A DNA stretch of 64,000 nucleotides, taken from positions 352,001 to 416,000 of the forward strand of contig CAVWXH010000016.1 in NCBI GenBank assembly GCA_963758915.1, read 5' to 3'. Position numbers and translations under genes: made by a program. Numbering within the stretch: the stretch's first letter is position 1; the number at the start of each line of letters is the position of its first letter. This DNA is from an uncultured Methanomicrobiales archaeon (GTDB lineage: Archaea; Halobacteriota; Methanomicrobia; Methanomicrobiales; Methanospirillaceae). Under the pieces are notes generated by a model. That model was not told where the DNA came from and ran no database searches. It saw nothing but the letters and a program-made list of their open reading frames with translations. Positions 21,180 to 32,451 of this stretch are shown here, piece after piece.

Positions 21180-23006
21180 ATGAAGGTGTCTGGCCTGCAT
21201 TCCCCGAATTATTTTAAAGGTGTCATGAAGTCAATGGGGGTTGTCTTCGGGGACATTGGGACCAGTCCTATCTACACGCTCACCGTCATTTTTTTGCTGG
21301 TACGGCCTAACCTGGAAAACCTGTTAGGAATTATCTCCCTGATTGTATGGACATTAACAATTCTTGTGACAATCCAGTATGCATGGCTGGCGATGCAGCT
21401 CGGAAGGAAAGGCGAGGGTGGCACGATCGTGTTGAAGGAGATTATTCTTCCGATGCTAAAATCGGGACGTGCAATTGCATTCTTTTCCCTTCTTGCAATT
21501 ATCGGGGTATCACTCCTTATCGGTGATGCGGTAATCACACCGGCCATCAGTATTCTTTCTGCCGTGGAAGGCCTGAGACTGATCCCGGGAAATGAAGCGA
21601 TGAGCCAGAGTATCCTTGTTATTATTGCGGCACTCATTGCGATAGTACTCTTTTCCTTTCAGAAGAAAGGGACTGAAAAGGTTGCCTGGGCATTCGGGCC
21701 GATAATGGTCATATGGTTTTCAATACTTGCAGTAATGGGGCTTTTCTATATCCTGCAGGAACCACAGATAATCCAGGCTCTCAACCCTTACTATGGAATG
21801 CATTTTATGGCATCGAACGGTATTACCGCGTTCTTCATCCTGTCTCAGGTATTACTCTGTGCCACGGGTGGAGAAGCATTATTTGCCGACATGGGCCAGC
21901 TTGGGAGAGACCCGATCCTTAAGGCATGGGGGGTCGTTTTTTTTGCCCTTATTCTTAATTACCTCGGGCAGGGAGCATTTCTTCTCCAACACCCGGAATC
22001 TAAAAATATCCTTTTTGAGATGGCCTACACTACGGCACCCGTGCTGTATATTCCATTCCTGATTCTTGCGGTTGTCGCAACGGTAATTGCTTCACAGGCT
22101 GTCATTTCCGGTATATTTTCGATCGTCTACCAGGGGATTACCACACGTATCATCCCGCTCTTAAAAATTGACTATACATCGGCCGAACTCCGGTCACAGA
22201 TCTATATCGACTCTGTGAACTGGTTCATGCTCCTTGCCGTGCTGTATATCCTGTTCCAGTTCGAATATTCAGAGCGTCTGGCTGCAGCGTACGGGCTTGC
22301 AGTGATGGGGACAATGACCTTAACAGGTATCATGATTACCGCGATATTCCTGTTGAAACGGCAGTATATCAGGACTGCCATTGCATTTTGTGTGCTCCTT
22401 GTGGACCTGTCATTCCTCTTCTCTACAACATTCAAGATACCAAACGGTGGTTACTGGTCGTTGATAATCGCAGCGATCCCGTTCACCCTGATCATGATCT
22501 ATATCCACGGCCAGAAGCGGCTGTTTGCCGCGATGAACCCGATGGACCTGCCCGAATTCAGGGAACGGTATACCCATGTTTATGCTCATGTGAAAAAGAT
22601 CAAAGGAACCGCTCTCTTTTTTGCCAGGGATATCCAGAAGATTCCGAGCTACATCTCGCATACCATCTTCAACAACAACATCTTATACGAAGACAATATT
22701 ATCATCAGTCTTCACCAGCTCGACAACCCGTTCGGGGTGAGCGGGAAATTTGAGGAAGAACTGGAACCAGGACTGCGGGTTTTCCGGATTGACTATGGTT
22801 ACATGGAGATTATCAACATGCCTAAAATACTCCGGGATGCGGGTATCAGGGAGAAAACAATATTTTATGGGCTGGAGGAGATCGTCACTGATAACCTTGT
22901 GTGGAAAATATTCTCGGCAATTAAACGCCTTTCCCCTTCATTTGTTCAGTTCTACAAGCTCCCGTCCCATAAGATCCATGGCGTGGTAACCCGTATCGAG
23001 ATGTAA
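21180..23006 (+). CDS. kup: KUP/HAK/KT potassium transporter
   Basis: GVVFGDIGTSPIY, GEGG, TPAISILSAVEG, TGGEALFADMG. Confidence 0.95.
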   Translation: MKVSGLHSPNYFKGVMKSMGVVFGDIGTSPIYTLTVIFLLVRPNLENLLGIISLIVWTLTILVTIQYAWLAMQLGRKGEGGTIVLKEIILPMLKSGRAIAFFSLLAIIGVSLLIGDAVITPAISILSAVEGLRLIPGNEAMSQSILVIIAALIAIVLFSFQKKGTEKVAWAFGPIMVIWFSILAVMGLFYILQEPQIIQALNPYYGMHFMASNGITAFFILSQVLLCATGGEALFADMGQLGRDPILKAWGVVFFALILNYLGQGAFLLQHPESKNILFEMAYTTAPVLYIPFLILAVVATVIASQAVISGIFSIVYQGITTRIIPLLKIDYTSAELRSQIYIDSVNWFMLLAVLYILFQFEYSERLAAAYGLAVMGTMTLTGIMITAIFLLKRQYIRTAIAFCVLLVDLSFLFSTTFKIPNGGYWSLIIAAIPFTLIMIYIHGQKRLFAAMNPMDLPEFRERYTHVYAHVKKIKGTALFFARDIQKIPSYISHTIFNNNILYEDNIIISLHQLDNPFGVSGKFEEELEPGLRVFRIDYGYMEIINMPKILRDAGIREKTIFYGLEEIVTDNLVWKIFSAIKRLSPSFVQFYKLPSHKIHGVVTRIEM

Positions 23007-23038
23007 AGCCGGTAATATTTCTGGAGGATAAATTCTGG

Positions 23039-24109
23039 ATGGATAAATCGCAGGCACGATGGATATGGATATCAGTCGCATTCTCAACGGTAGTACTGAT
23101 TATAGTCCTCGCCACGACCTTTGATGCAAATACCCTTCTTACAATACTCAAACTTAATCTCTGGTTCCTCTTACTTGCTACACTGTTGCGGGTAGCTTCC
23201 CTGTTATTCTGGGCGCTGCGTGTCAGGACCATGTCGGGATCGCTTGGTTACAAGGTGAAATTTTCGCACTGCTTTAATCTTGTAGTTGCAAATCTCCTTG
23301 CCGGTGCAATTACCCCAGGACAGGCCGGAGGTGAACCTGTCAGGATCCATGAGTTATATCGTGCTGATGTAAAAATCGGGGATGCAACCGCGGTAGTCCT
23401 TATGGAACGTGTACTTGATGGTGTTGTCCTGGTCATCATGGGGGTATTAGCCATGCTCCTCCTCCAGAGTATATGGAGAGGCTTAAACATTGGCCTGATT
23501 ATCGGCATGTTTTTCGGCCTTGCCATTATGATCGGGCTGATACTCCTCCTTTTCTACTCGGCACGGAGACCTGAGCGCGTAAAGGTGTTGCTGACCCGGA
23601 TAATAATCTGGGCAGGTACCCGATGGAAGGGAAAGACCATGCAGAAGATCACGCGGTATGCTGATGTGGAAATGGACAATTTCTTTGCAAGCCTGCACCG
23701 TTTTACCACGAGCGGCCGGAAAGGACTCATGTATGGTACCGTATTTACCACGTTATTCTGGGCATCAGAATTTTTTATTGCTTCATTTCTCCTGCTCTCA
23801 CTCGGGCAGCCACCGTTTATCGCTGAGTCTTACCTTTTCCAGTTGATTATTGCAATCGTGATGATGATCCCGCTGACACCAGGCTCATCAGGAATTGCTG
23901 AACTCTCGGCAACCTCACTGTATGCCCTGATTGTGCCTGCATCGGTACTCGGGCTTTTCGTCCTACTCTGGCGGTTGCTCCTCTTTTATTTCAATATCGC
24001 CATTGGCCTGGTTGCAAGCCTCCACATATTCAGGCGGGAGCTCCGGATTAACGATGAAAAAGAGGTTATGGTATCAGAAATACAAAACACCGAAAATAGC
24101 AGGGAATAA
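23039..24109 (+). CDS. Lysylphosphatidylglycerol synthase TM-domain / flippase-like protein (UPF0104)
   Basis: ITPGQAGGEPVR, ERVLD, PLTPGSSGIAE, LLWRLL. Confidence 0.85.
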   Translation: MDKSQARWIWISVAFSTVVLIIVLATTFDANTLLTILKLNLWFLLLATLLRVASLLFWALRVRTMSGSLGYKVKFSHCFNLVVANLLAGAITPGQAGGEPVRIHELYRADVKIGDATAVVLMERVLDGVVLVIMGVLAMLLLQSIWRGLNIGLIIGMFFGLAIMIGLILLLFYSARRPERVKVLLTRIIIWAGTRWKGKTMQKITRYADVEMDNFFASLHRFTTSGRKGLMYGTVFTTLFWASEFFIASFLLLSLGQPPFIAESYLFQLIIAIVMMIPLTPGSSGIAELSATSLYALIVPASVLGLFVLLWRLLLFYFNIAIGLVASLHIFRRELRINDEKEVMVSEIQNTENSRE

Positions 24110-24272
24110 CATTTGATAACACGATCCTGAATATTTGCAAGGATATCAGGGAGAACCCGGCCGGGATAGAAATAAAAAAATGTCACGTTACCAGTTCATT
24201 CCAGCAAAAAATAAATTATGTGGCGGCCCGGCACTTGTATTTCCGACCAGGATACCGGTGTTTCATACCAAT

Positions 24273-25244
24273 TCAGAGGTCCGGCATTTTACTGGCCATG
24301 TACCACGCATGGGCAGCCAGGATACAATAAATTGGGTAATGGATTCCATACGTGTTGAATTCTCCGTTTGAAGTAAAAACAAGCGTTGTTGCATAGACGT
24401 CTATCTGGAATATGATAATGCCCCACCATTTTCCAAGGTAGAAATAGCCCATTCCCGGCAGGACAAAATTCAGGAACCCCGCAATGAACGGGTTTTTCCG
24501 GAGTCTTGGTCTAAGCGAAAGACCGCGTGGGAGAAAGGCAAGTGAGAGCCCGACACGCGGTGCAGATTTCACGGCATTCCAGCGTACATTATCATTTGCA
24601 TCGCTCAGCGAACGATAAACCAACGGAATGGCCTTTTCAGACCCGATAGATCCCAATGCCCTTACTGCTTTTTCCCGGATTTCACTATCATGATCGGTCA
24701 GGGCTACATTGAGAGGTTCAATTGCAGCTTCTCCAATTGCAACCATTTCTTTCCATTCCTGTTTACCGAGGTGCAGGTAGGCATGCAGGGTATCATTTTC
24801 AGGCTGCCACTGGAATTTATCAAGGGCTACCGCAGCCCCATACCTGACAAAACGGTCGCGGTCTTTTAATGCCACAACAAGTGATGGGATTGCCAGGCCA
24901 TCACCTATCTCGCCAAGCGCGAGTGCTGCTTCCCATCTAACCTCATTATCCGGGTCGTGAAGAGCATCGATCAGGGGCTTGACTGCTTCAGGGGCCTTGA
25001 TCTCCCCCAGTGCCTCCATGACCCCCAGCCTGATATGTTTGTTCCTTGACTGTAACGCAAGGAGCAGACGGTTCTTTCCCTCAGCCCCCATCTCCCCCAG
25101 TGCTTCAGCGGCCCGCCACTGGATATCGAGGTCCTTATACATGAGCGCCCGTATAAGGCCGTCGATATCTTTTCGTCGTTTCATCTGTTCGATATCCGGA
25201 GGTTCCGGGCGGAATATGTTTAGTATTTTCAGCTGCACCACCAC
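24273..25244 (-). CDS. HEAT (PBS-lyase) repeat protein with a C-terminal membrane domain
   Basis: Repeats such as VRWEAALALGEIGD; C-terminal KNPFIAGFLNFVLPGMGYFYLG. Confidence 0.85.
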   Translation of the reverse strand: MVVQLKILNIFRPEPPDIEQMKRRKDIDGLIRALMYKDLDIQWRAAEALGEMGAEGKNRLLLALQSRNKHIRLGVMEALGEIKAPEAVKPLIDALHDPDNEVRWEAALALGEIGDGLAIPSLVVALKDRDRFVRYGAAVALDKFQWQPENDTLHAYLHLGKQEWKEMVAIGEAAIEPLNVALTDHDSEIREKAVRALGSIGSEKAIPLVYRSLSDANDNVRWNAVKSAPRVGLSLAFLPRGLSLRPRLRKNPFIAGFLNFVLPGMGYFYLGKWWGIIIFQIDVYATTLVFTSNGEFNTYGIHYPIYCILAAHAWYMASKMPDL

Positions 25245-25361
25245 CAGTTGCAGATATCGATTAAACTGGCAGATATTCCGGATGTGCCGTTATGATCAGA
25301 ATGATCTAATATCGCAGGCAATTTTCCTCTGCCAGGGTGTACAAACAAAGTATTCATGCTA

Positions 25362-26342
25362 TCACAGGTCAGGGATTTTGTTACCAAGGTACCAGGCGTG
25401 CAATGCGAACGCTATCGAATACGGAACTGATAGCAGGGGAATTACCAGGAACGGAAGCTGGCTCCCGGTCAGTGCAATTGTCATTAAGTTTATCGTAATA
25501 AAGACCTGGAATAAGAGAAACCCGAACCAGTAACCAAGGTAATTATACCCGATGCCAAGAAACATCAGGTTCAGGAGGGCGGCTATATAGGGACTTGGTT
25601 TCGTTCTGGGCCGCCTGGAGAGTCCCATGGGCAGAATTGTCAGTGGGATACCACATTTCGGAAACGAAAGGGCTGCCTGCTTCCGCACCATCGGGTCAGG
25701 GTCACGCAATGTTATACTACAGGCTGCCCGTGCATAGGGAGTATGGAGTTCACTGAGTGAATCTACCGCTGCAACACGTACTCTCGGGTCACGGTCCATT
25801 AACGCCCAGAGCAACGGTTCATTCGCGGGTTCTCCAAGAGGGGGGATTTTATCCCATTCCTGCTTTGCTATGTAGTAATATGCCCGCATGGGGATATCCG
25901 GGGGTTCCCACCCAAACATGTCAAGCGCAGTCGCCGCTCCGTACCGCACATATTTATCCGTATCTCTCAACGCGATGACTATCATGAAGATCGCGGATTC
26001 ATCCCCTATTGAAGCCAGCGAATATACCGCAGCCCACCTCACCTCGTTGCTCTTGTCAACCCTGAGCCGTTCTATCAGGGGAGCTACCGCCTGGCGGGAA
26101 CCTATTACACCGAGGGCTTCAGCAGCCCCGATTCTGACTGCCCTATTCCGGTGTTTCAGCGAATTGATAAGAAGCGGAAGAGCAGGTTCACCAATTCCGG
26201 CTAACACCCCCGAAGATTTTCTCTGGATATCCTGATCAGGGTACCCGAGTAGAGAGACGAGGTCTTTGGTGCTTCCACCCCGGAGTATGCGCTGGACTTT
26301 AGCATCATTTGGCCAGAATATTTTTTGGATGTTCATGGGCAT
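25362..26342 (-). CDS. Paralogous HEAT-repeat protein with a C-terminal membrane domain
   Basis: Same architecture; both end in K(M/I)PDL. Confidence 0.85.
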   Translation of the reverse strand: MPMNIQKIFWPNDAKVQRILRGGSTKDLVSLLGYPDQDIQRKSSGVLAGIGEPALPLLINSLKHRNRAVRIGAAEALGVIGSRQAVAPLIERLRVDKSNEVRWAAVYSLASIGDESAIFMIVIALRDTDKYVRYGAATALDMFGWEPPDIPMRAYYYIAKQEWDKIPPLGEPANEPLLWALMDRDPRVRVAAVDSLSELHTPYARAACSITLRDPDPMVRKQAALSFPKCGIPLTILPMGLSRRPRTKPSPYIAALLNLMFLGIGYNYLGYWFGFLLFQVFITINLMTIALTGSQLPFLVIPLLSVPYSIAFALHAWYLGNKIPDL

Positions 26343-26736
26343 CCCCGAATTCTCCTGCTGCCGTCCAGGTTCTTTCCCCCCTTCGTACTGTTACTATGAG
26401 GTGCCCGATTGATTGCCTCATCATGAATGGTCAACTGGTACCTGAAAAATATCGATACTTCGAAAAAATTCAGTCAATTCAAAACTCCCTGCAGTAACTT
26501 CACAGCAAACATAGCCACCATCCGGTCTGCCATATAATGCGGTACCCCAGGCATGCTTCATTTTGACATAAATCCCCCGGTATTTTGTCAGTATGGTAAA
26601 TTAATTCTGAATTGGGATAATTAATTGGTTCTACCAGAACCATATAAACGTTTGCGGGGTTACGTTGCCTGAGAGTACCTTATTTGCAGAGAATTTTACT
26701 ATGTTAAAATCAGAACTCCAAATTTACCAGAAAAAC

Positions 26737-26985
26737 GGGCTTAGTTAAAACATAAGAGGGAAATGCGAAGACCGGAGGGGATTTCAACCCCTCCTTTACC
26801 CAGTCGCGATAATATATTCATGGGAAGGGTTCTACCGGGACATTGGAGGGAGATTTCAGAGACTGGAAGATCATTCCTAGTCCCAACCAGGGCCGCTAAA
26901 GTAACGGGACGGAGCCCCGGGAGCGTGACAAAATTGTATAATATCCGAAGTTAAAAGAGAGACTGAGAGGGCTTGACCAAAGGGA
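26737..26985 (+). mobile_element. MITE-like element, short form
   Basis: GGGCTTAGTTAAAAC left end, GGAGGGGATTTCAACCCCTCC hairpin, CCCAACCAGGGCCGC and GAGCCCCGGGAGCGTGAC cores. Exact AAAAAC on both flanks. Confidence 0.75.
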
Positions 26986-27040
26986 AAAAACAGTAAACAG
27001 GGGTTAATAGTTCGAATAAAAGGAAATTTCTCCTCAATAG

Positions 27041-27964
27041 TTATATTGTCCTCGGATCTCCCAACATTTTAACTAATAATGCTTTCTGGGCATGCAAACG
27101 GTTTTCTGCTTCGTCCCAGACTACACTCTGAGGCCCCTCGATTACTTCATCTGTTATTTCATGACCACGGTGCGCGGGGAGACAATGCATGACAATAGCA
27201 TCGGGAGAAGCATGTTTTAATAAATTATTATCGACGGTATAACCCTGGAATGCCTTGATGCGGACATCATACCGTGCTTCTTCTCCCATCGAGACCCAGG
27301 TGTCGGTTACCACTACATCGGCATCCCTGACTGCCTGAACAGGGTCGTGCATTACTTCCACCCGCCCGCCAAGTCCTCTCGCTCTTTCAATTACCTCTTC
27401 TTTTGGTAAAAAACCGACAGGACTTGCAATATTCACAATCATACCGGTAATCGCTGAGGACAACACCAGCGAGTTGCAGACATTATTCCCGTCACCGACC
27501 CAGGCCACTTTGACATCAATCGTTGAACCAAAATGCTCCCAGATCGTGAGTATATCAGCAAGAAGCTGGCAGGGGTGCTCCTTGTCTGACAGTCCGTTAA
27601 TAACCGGGACCGTTGAATACCGGGCAAAGTCAACAATTGTCTGGTGTTTGTATGCCCTGATCATCAGGCCTGATACATACCGTGAGGCCACCCGTGCAGT
27701 ATCCCTGATCTCTTCTCCACGACCAATCTGGAGGTCCTGGGAATTCAGGTACAGGGCATGACCCCCGAGATCATGCATACCTACTTCGAAGGAAAGCCTC
27801 GTTCTCGTTGAAGGCTTTTCAAATATCATTGCGAGCGCCTTTCTCTTCAGTAGTTCATGAGGCGTCCCGGTTTGTTTCATTTTTTTGAGATGTTTCGCTT
27901 CGGTGAGGATCTTCTGCAATTCCTCTTCGGAAATATCTAGAAGCGAGAGAAGGTCTTTTTTCAT
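27041..27964 (-). CDS. argF: Ornithine carbamoyltransferase
   Basis: STRTR, HPCQ, GDGNN, SMG, HCLP. Confidence 0.97.
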   Translation of the reverse strand: MKKDLLSLLDISEEELQKILTEAKHLKKMKQTGTPHELLKRKALAMIFEKPSTRTRLSFEVGMHDLGGHALYLNSQDLQIGRGEEIRDTARVASRYVSGLMIRAYKHQTIVDFARYSTVPVINGLSDKEHPCQLLADILTIWEHFGSTIDVKVAWVGDGNNVCNSLVLSSAITGMIVNIASPVGFLPKEEVIERARGLGGRVEVMHDPVQAVRDADVVVTDTWVSMGEEARYDVRIKAFQGYTVDNNLLKHASPDAIVMHCLPAHRGHEITDEVIEGPQSVVWDEAENRLHAQKALLVKMLGDPRTI

Positions 27965-29253
27965 CGTATCTCCTTCATATGTTCAATTCTTTTCTGGAGC
28001 AGGGCTTGTGTACCGATATCGCGACGGTAACTGATGTCGCCGACGACGGACGAGGCTGCCGATTCTGCAATTTTTTCCGCATCCGCAAGCGTGTCTGCCC
28101 TTCCCACGAATGCAAGCGCCCGTGAAGACTGGGTCAGGAGTTCTCCGTTATTCAACTCTACATTTGCGTAAAATAGCAATGCCTTGCCATAGTCCCCGAA
28201 CGTCAGGGGCCTTCCGGTTCTCGGGGTATCAGGGTAACCTTCCGGTACAAGGTACTTGCAGACCGTAGCCTCCTTTGAAAATGTTACTGACCCCACTGAA
28301 AGCGTCCCTTCAGTAATCCTGATCAGAATTTCAGTCATATCGGATTCAAGGAGCGAAAGAACATTCATCGCTTCCGGGTCACCAAACCTGGCATTGAACT
28401 CAATCACCATAGGGCCGTTTCGGGTGTTCATAAACTGCCCGTATAGTATTCCCCGATATGGCTGCCCGATTTTTGCCATCACGGCCACCACGTCCTTCAT
28501 GATGCGAAGGGCTTTTTCCCGGTCATTGTGGGTGACAAAAGGCAAAGAATGGTCAGGCATACTATAGGAACCCATACCTCCAGTATTTGGGCCCTGGTCC
28601 CCTTCAAATGCACGTTTATGGTCCTGGACAAGTGGCATGGGTATCAGGTGTGTGCCGTCAACAAATGCCTGGAGTGTGAATTCTTCTCCGATGAGACGCT
28701 CCTCAACAACCACCCGGCCTTCCAGTTGTTTTGCATAATCGATCGCGCCGTTCCGGTCCACGTGCTCCCCCATGATACGGACCCCCTTTCCACCGGTAAG
28801 GCCGACAGGCTTGATTGCAAGGTCCCCGGGATATTGTGAAATAAATGATACGGCATCTTCCTGGTCCTGAAATACGCGGTATTTCGGGCAGCCTGCTATA
28901 CCGTGGCGGTCCATCATCATCCTGCAGAACCCTTTGTCAGTCTCGAGACGGGCAGCTAACCTCGTTGGACCTACGCATGCGATCTCCCGGGATTCAAGTT
29001 CATCAGCAATTCCCGCCTGCAGAGGGGCTTCAGGCCCGATAATTGCGCACTGGACTCCAATACCTGAAGCAAAATCCGCAATCCGTTTGACGTTCGTCTC
29101 ATTCTCGACAAGGACTCGTTTTGAAACAGACCAGATACCAGGATTTTTCTTCGCCATTACGGAATAAAGTTCTACTTCACTGTTGCGGGAAAGGACGCTT
29201 GCTATTGCATGCTCCCTGCCCCCTCCCCCTACAACAAGGATCTTCAGTGTCAT
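27961..29253 (-). CDS. purD: Phosphoribosylamine-glycine ligase
   Basis: [35 protein letters not shown]. Confidence 0.97.
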   Translation of the reverse strand: MTLKILVVGGGGREHAIASVLSRNSEVELYSVMAKKNPGIWSVSKRVLVENETNVKRIADFASGIGVQCAIIGPEAPLQAGIADELESREIACVGPTRLAARLETDKGFCRMMMDRHGIAGCPKYRVFQDQEDAVSFISQYPGDLAIKPVGLTGGKGVRIMGEHVDRNGAIDYAKQLEGRVVVEERLIGEEFTLQAFVDGTHLIPMPLVQDHKRAFEGDQGPNTGGMGSYSMPDHSLPFVTHNDREKALRIMKDVVAVMAKIGQPYRGILYGQFMNTRNGPMVIEFNARFGDPEAMNVLSLLESDMTEILIRITEGTLSVGSVTFSKEATVCKYLVPEGYPDTPRTGRPLTFGDYGKALLFYANVELNNGELLTQSSRALAFVGRADTLADAEKIAESAASSVVGDISYRRDIGTQALLQKRIEHMKEIR

Positions 29254-29282
29254 GTATCAGACCTACCGTCAATTATTACTGG

Positions 29283-29795
29283 TTACTCTCTGGTTATCTC
29301 GCTTGCTTTAACTAGTGCGTGCAATGTAACGTTATCTTTCGCAAGTGCAGCGGTGGCGCCCTGCTCCCTGTCAACCACAGTCACGACCGTGCTAATCCTG
29401 GCGCCGGCATCCCGGAGCGCCCGTATTCCGTATAATGCAGATCCACCTGAGGTTGTCACATCCTCAACGAGGAGGACATTTTTTCCTTTCACATCCCCTA
29501 TTAACCTGCCAGTTTTTCCGTGGTCTTTCTCTGCACTCCTGATAATTGCATAGGGACGTTTATCCGCGAGCGAGACCCCGACAGCAAGCGGGACTCCGCC
29601 AACAGCGACTCCTGCAACGATATCTGATGGAAATCTGCCCGCAATTTCCCCGCACACCAGTTCCAGCAGTGCGGGGTCTGTCATCGCAGATTTGATATCG
29701 AGGTAATACGAGCTGACCGCACCTGATGCAAGAACAAAATGGCCGTATTCTACCGCACCGTGCCTGATAAGTGCATCCGCGATCCGGTTTACCAT
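29283..29795 (-). CDS. pyrE: Orotate phosphoribosyltransferase
   Basis: FVLASG, KDHG, LVEDVTTSGGS, VVDR. Confidence 0.95.
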   Translation of the reverse strand: MVNRIADALIRHGAVEYGHFVLASGAVSSYYLDIKSAMTDPALLELVCGEIAGRFPSDIVAGVAVGGVPLAVGVSLADKRPYAIIRSAEKDHGKTGRLIGDVKGKNVLLVEDVTTSGGSALYGIRALRDAGARISTVVTVVDREQGATAALAKDNVTLHALVKASEITRE

Positions 29796-29832
29796 GCTGT
29801 CCCTCTGATAGTCACTATGTCCGAAATCTCTG

Positions 29833-30426
29833 TTACCATGGGACCTCCTTCACGCCTGCCAGGTACCCGATGATATTGGTTGCCCGGTGGAGCAGGGGGG
29901 TAATAATCAGAATTATTATCACAATCGGCACCGTCATGACGCTGAAAAACCATTGTGGATCGAACACCGCTGTAAGCAGGAAAGCTCCTGCAACGAGGTC
30001 ATACTGGTCTGCCACCGGCCAGGGGTCTCCCGACTTTTTACCGAGACGGCGCTTGAAAAAACTCTTTCCAAGGTCCCCAAGGAGTGCCCCTGTTGCAAGG
30101 AGGAAAACTGACAGCATTGTGAGGACTGGGAAAAAATCCCAGTTGAAATATGACGCAAGTGAAATCTGGACTACCCCGACAATGACCCCGCATGCAATCC
30201 CGAGGATCAGACCTCTCCATGTCTTACCGCTCCCGAAGAGCCTCCTGCCGTCGTTAAAATTTCTCCCCCCGTCAATGGGTGCGCCCCCTCCGAATGCAGC
30301 TGCCGAGGAGTTTGGGATATACGCTGGCAGCATAATCCAAAGAGCTGATACCAATGCAATTATTACTGTTTCGATACTAATAACTGGAGCACCCCAATAC
30401 CTAAAATAAAGAGCAGATATAAACAT
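29833..30426 (-). CDS. carS: CDP-archaeol synthase (start uncertain)
   Basis: PAYIPNS, PIDGGR, GKTWRG, GDLGKSFFKRRLG, DQYD, KEVPW. Confidence 0.9.
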   Translation of the reverse strand: MFISALYFRYWGAPVISIETVIIALVSALWIMLPAYIPNSSAAAFGGGAPIDGGRNFNDGRRLFGSGKTWRGLILGIACGVIVGVVQISLASYFNWDFFPVLTMLSVFLLATGALLGDLGKSFFKRRLGKKSGDPWPVADQYDLVAGAFLLTAVFDPQWFFSVMTVPIVIIILIITPLLHRATNIIGYLAGVKEVPW

Positions 30427-30477
30427 TAAGGTATCTAAGGGAGAAATTCCAGTAAAGGATACAACGGTTGGAGTATT

Positions 30478-31942
30478 ATGCTGATCAAAAAGACGAAGAG
30501 CCTGTGCCCTGTCTGCAATGCCGTGATTGAAGCGGATATTGTGGAGGAGGATGGTGGGGTATGGATACACCGTTCATGTCAGGAGCATGGATCATTTCGT
30601 GATCTCTACTGGTCTGACGTGGATATGTACCGCAGGTTCGATACCTATGAGAATATCGGATCGGGAGTCGAAAATCCGCAGCGCGAGGGCTCGGAAGAGA
30701 CCTGCCCTTCCAATTGCGGACTTTGCAGCAACCACAAGTCCGCCACCCTTCTCGCAAATATTGACCTCACAAACCGTTGCAATTTAAACTGTGACTTCTG
30801 TTTCGCAAACGCCCGCGCCTGTGGATATATTTACGAGCCCTCTTTTGACCAGATTGTTGAAATGCTCAAACTTCTGAGGGATGAAAAACCAGTCCCGGCC
30901 CCTGCAGTGCAGTTCTCAGGTGGCGAACCAACCATGCGCGAAGACCTGACGAGGATTATCAGGAAGGCGAAAGAACTCGGGTTTCCTCAGGTTCAGGTAG
31001 CCTCAAATGGCATAAAACTGGCAAAAGATATTAACTTTGTCCAGGAACTGAAAGATGCGGGTCTTTCTACCGTTTATCTCCATTTTGATGGTGTTACCAG
31101 GGATACAAACCCGAACCTGGCAATCGATGAAAAAGCAATTGCAAACTGCCAGAAAATCGGCCTTGGCATCGTCCTGGTCCCCACAATAATCCGGGGAAGG
31201 AATGACCACCAGATAGGGGACATCATCCGGTATGCAGCCGATCATATTTCAGTTGTCCGCGGTATAAATTTCCAGCCGATTGCATTTACCGGTGCAGCAA
31301 GCCAGGATGATGTTATCAGAGAGAGGGTCACGGTACCAGACATATCTGCAGCTGTTGAGGAACAGACGAGCGGTGTAATCAGGAAATCAGATTTTTACCC
31401 GATTCCCTGTGTGTTACCAATATCAGATCTCTTTGAAGCCTATGGAGGAAAACCCCAGATACAGTTCACTGCCCACCAGCATTGCGGGGCCGCCACCTAT
31501 GTATTTGTAACAGAAGATGGTCTCGTCCCTATTAACCGGATGATCGATGTTGACAGTTTCTTTGACATCTGTTGATGCAATGGCAGAAAAACTGAAAAAA
31601 GGAGGGTCACTGAATAAGTACAAGACCCTGATTGAGGGGATCAAGGCGCTCCATGACTCTGTGAAGAAAGGTGAACAGGGAAGTGCAATAGATTTCTGGA
31701 AACTTATCGGAAAAGCACTCCTGCTGCAGAATTTTGATGCGTTAAGGGAATTTCACTGGAATGCACTCTTTATAGGCACCATGCATTTCATGGACCGTTA
31801 TAACTATGACCTCTGCCGCGTCCAGCGGTGCTGTATCCACTATGCAACCCCCGATGGGACACTCATACCGTTTTGCACCTATAACTCCGGCCCGGTATAC
31901 CGGGAACAGGTCTGGCAGAGATGGAAGCAACCGGATGAATAA
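30478..31942 (+). CDS. tes: Radical SAM tetraether lipid synthase (Tes / GDGT-MAS, MJ0619 family); frameshift near 31563
   Basis: SLCPVC..CQEHG rubredoxin-like region, CPSNCGLC, CNLNCDFC, C-terminal CCIHYATPDG..IPFCTYN. Confidence 0.85.
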
Positions 31943-32451
31943 ACGGGCAGTATTCCCTGTGGATAACGGGAAATACAAGTAATTTTAATCATAAAAATAC
32001 TCCTGATTTTGATAAACAAGACCTGTGAACGTAGTGTTCATCAGTGTTTTTTTAAGACCTCAATATTGACAGCTGTAATGGTAACAATGTGAAATATCCC
32101 CCCATATGCAGCACCTTTGGATACCGGGTTTATCTTCTGGCCGGTTGTGCAGCGTGCTGCAAGGGGAATGGTGATACTACAAGGTTGTTACTGTTGACTG
32201 CTATGAGAATTCGTTTCATGGGTACCTGGACGCAATTTCCTGTATTACAATTACGGGAGCGATGGAACTTTACTGGTAAGGGATTGAAGACAGGAGTTCC
32301 GCTAGGAGTCTCATTCCTCCTGCACCTGCCGGTGAACAGGAGAATGTTTTCGTATGGGATTGTATATCTGCGGGGGACAGAACGGTTATTCCCGTAGAGT
32401 CCCCATGTTTTTTTTGGATTATCGGGTCAAAATCGGAGCAATAAGTTTTTC

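Noticed and set aside
31540-31580. Programmed frameshifting in tes (and lhr, ala)
   Set aside because: No slippery heptamer or stimulator seen; indels are frequent throughout the window
32089-32397. 102-aa ORF and TGCAGCAC/GTGCTGCA inverted repeat
   Set aside because: No motif or RBS support; cannot be distinguished from chance
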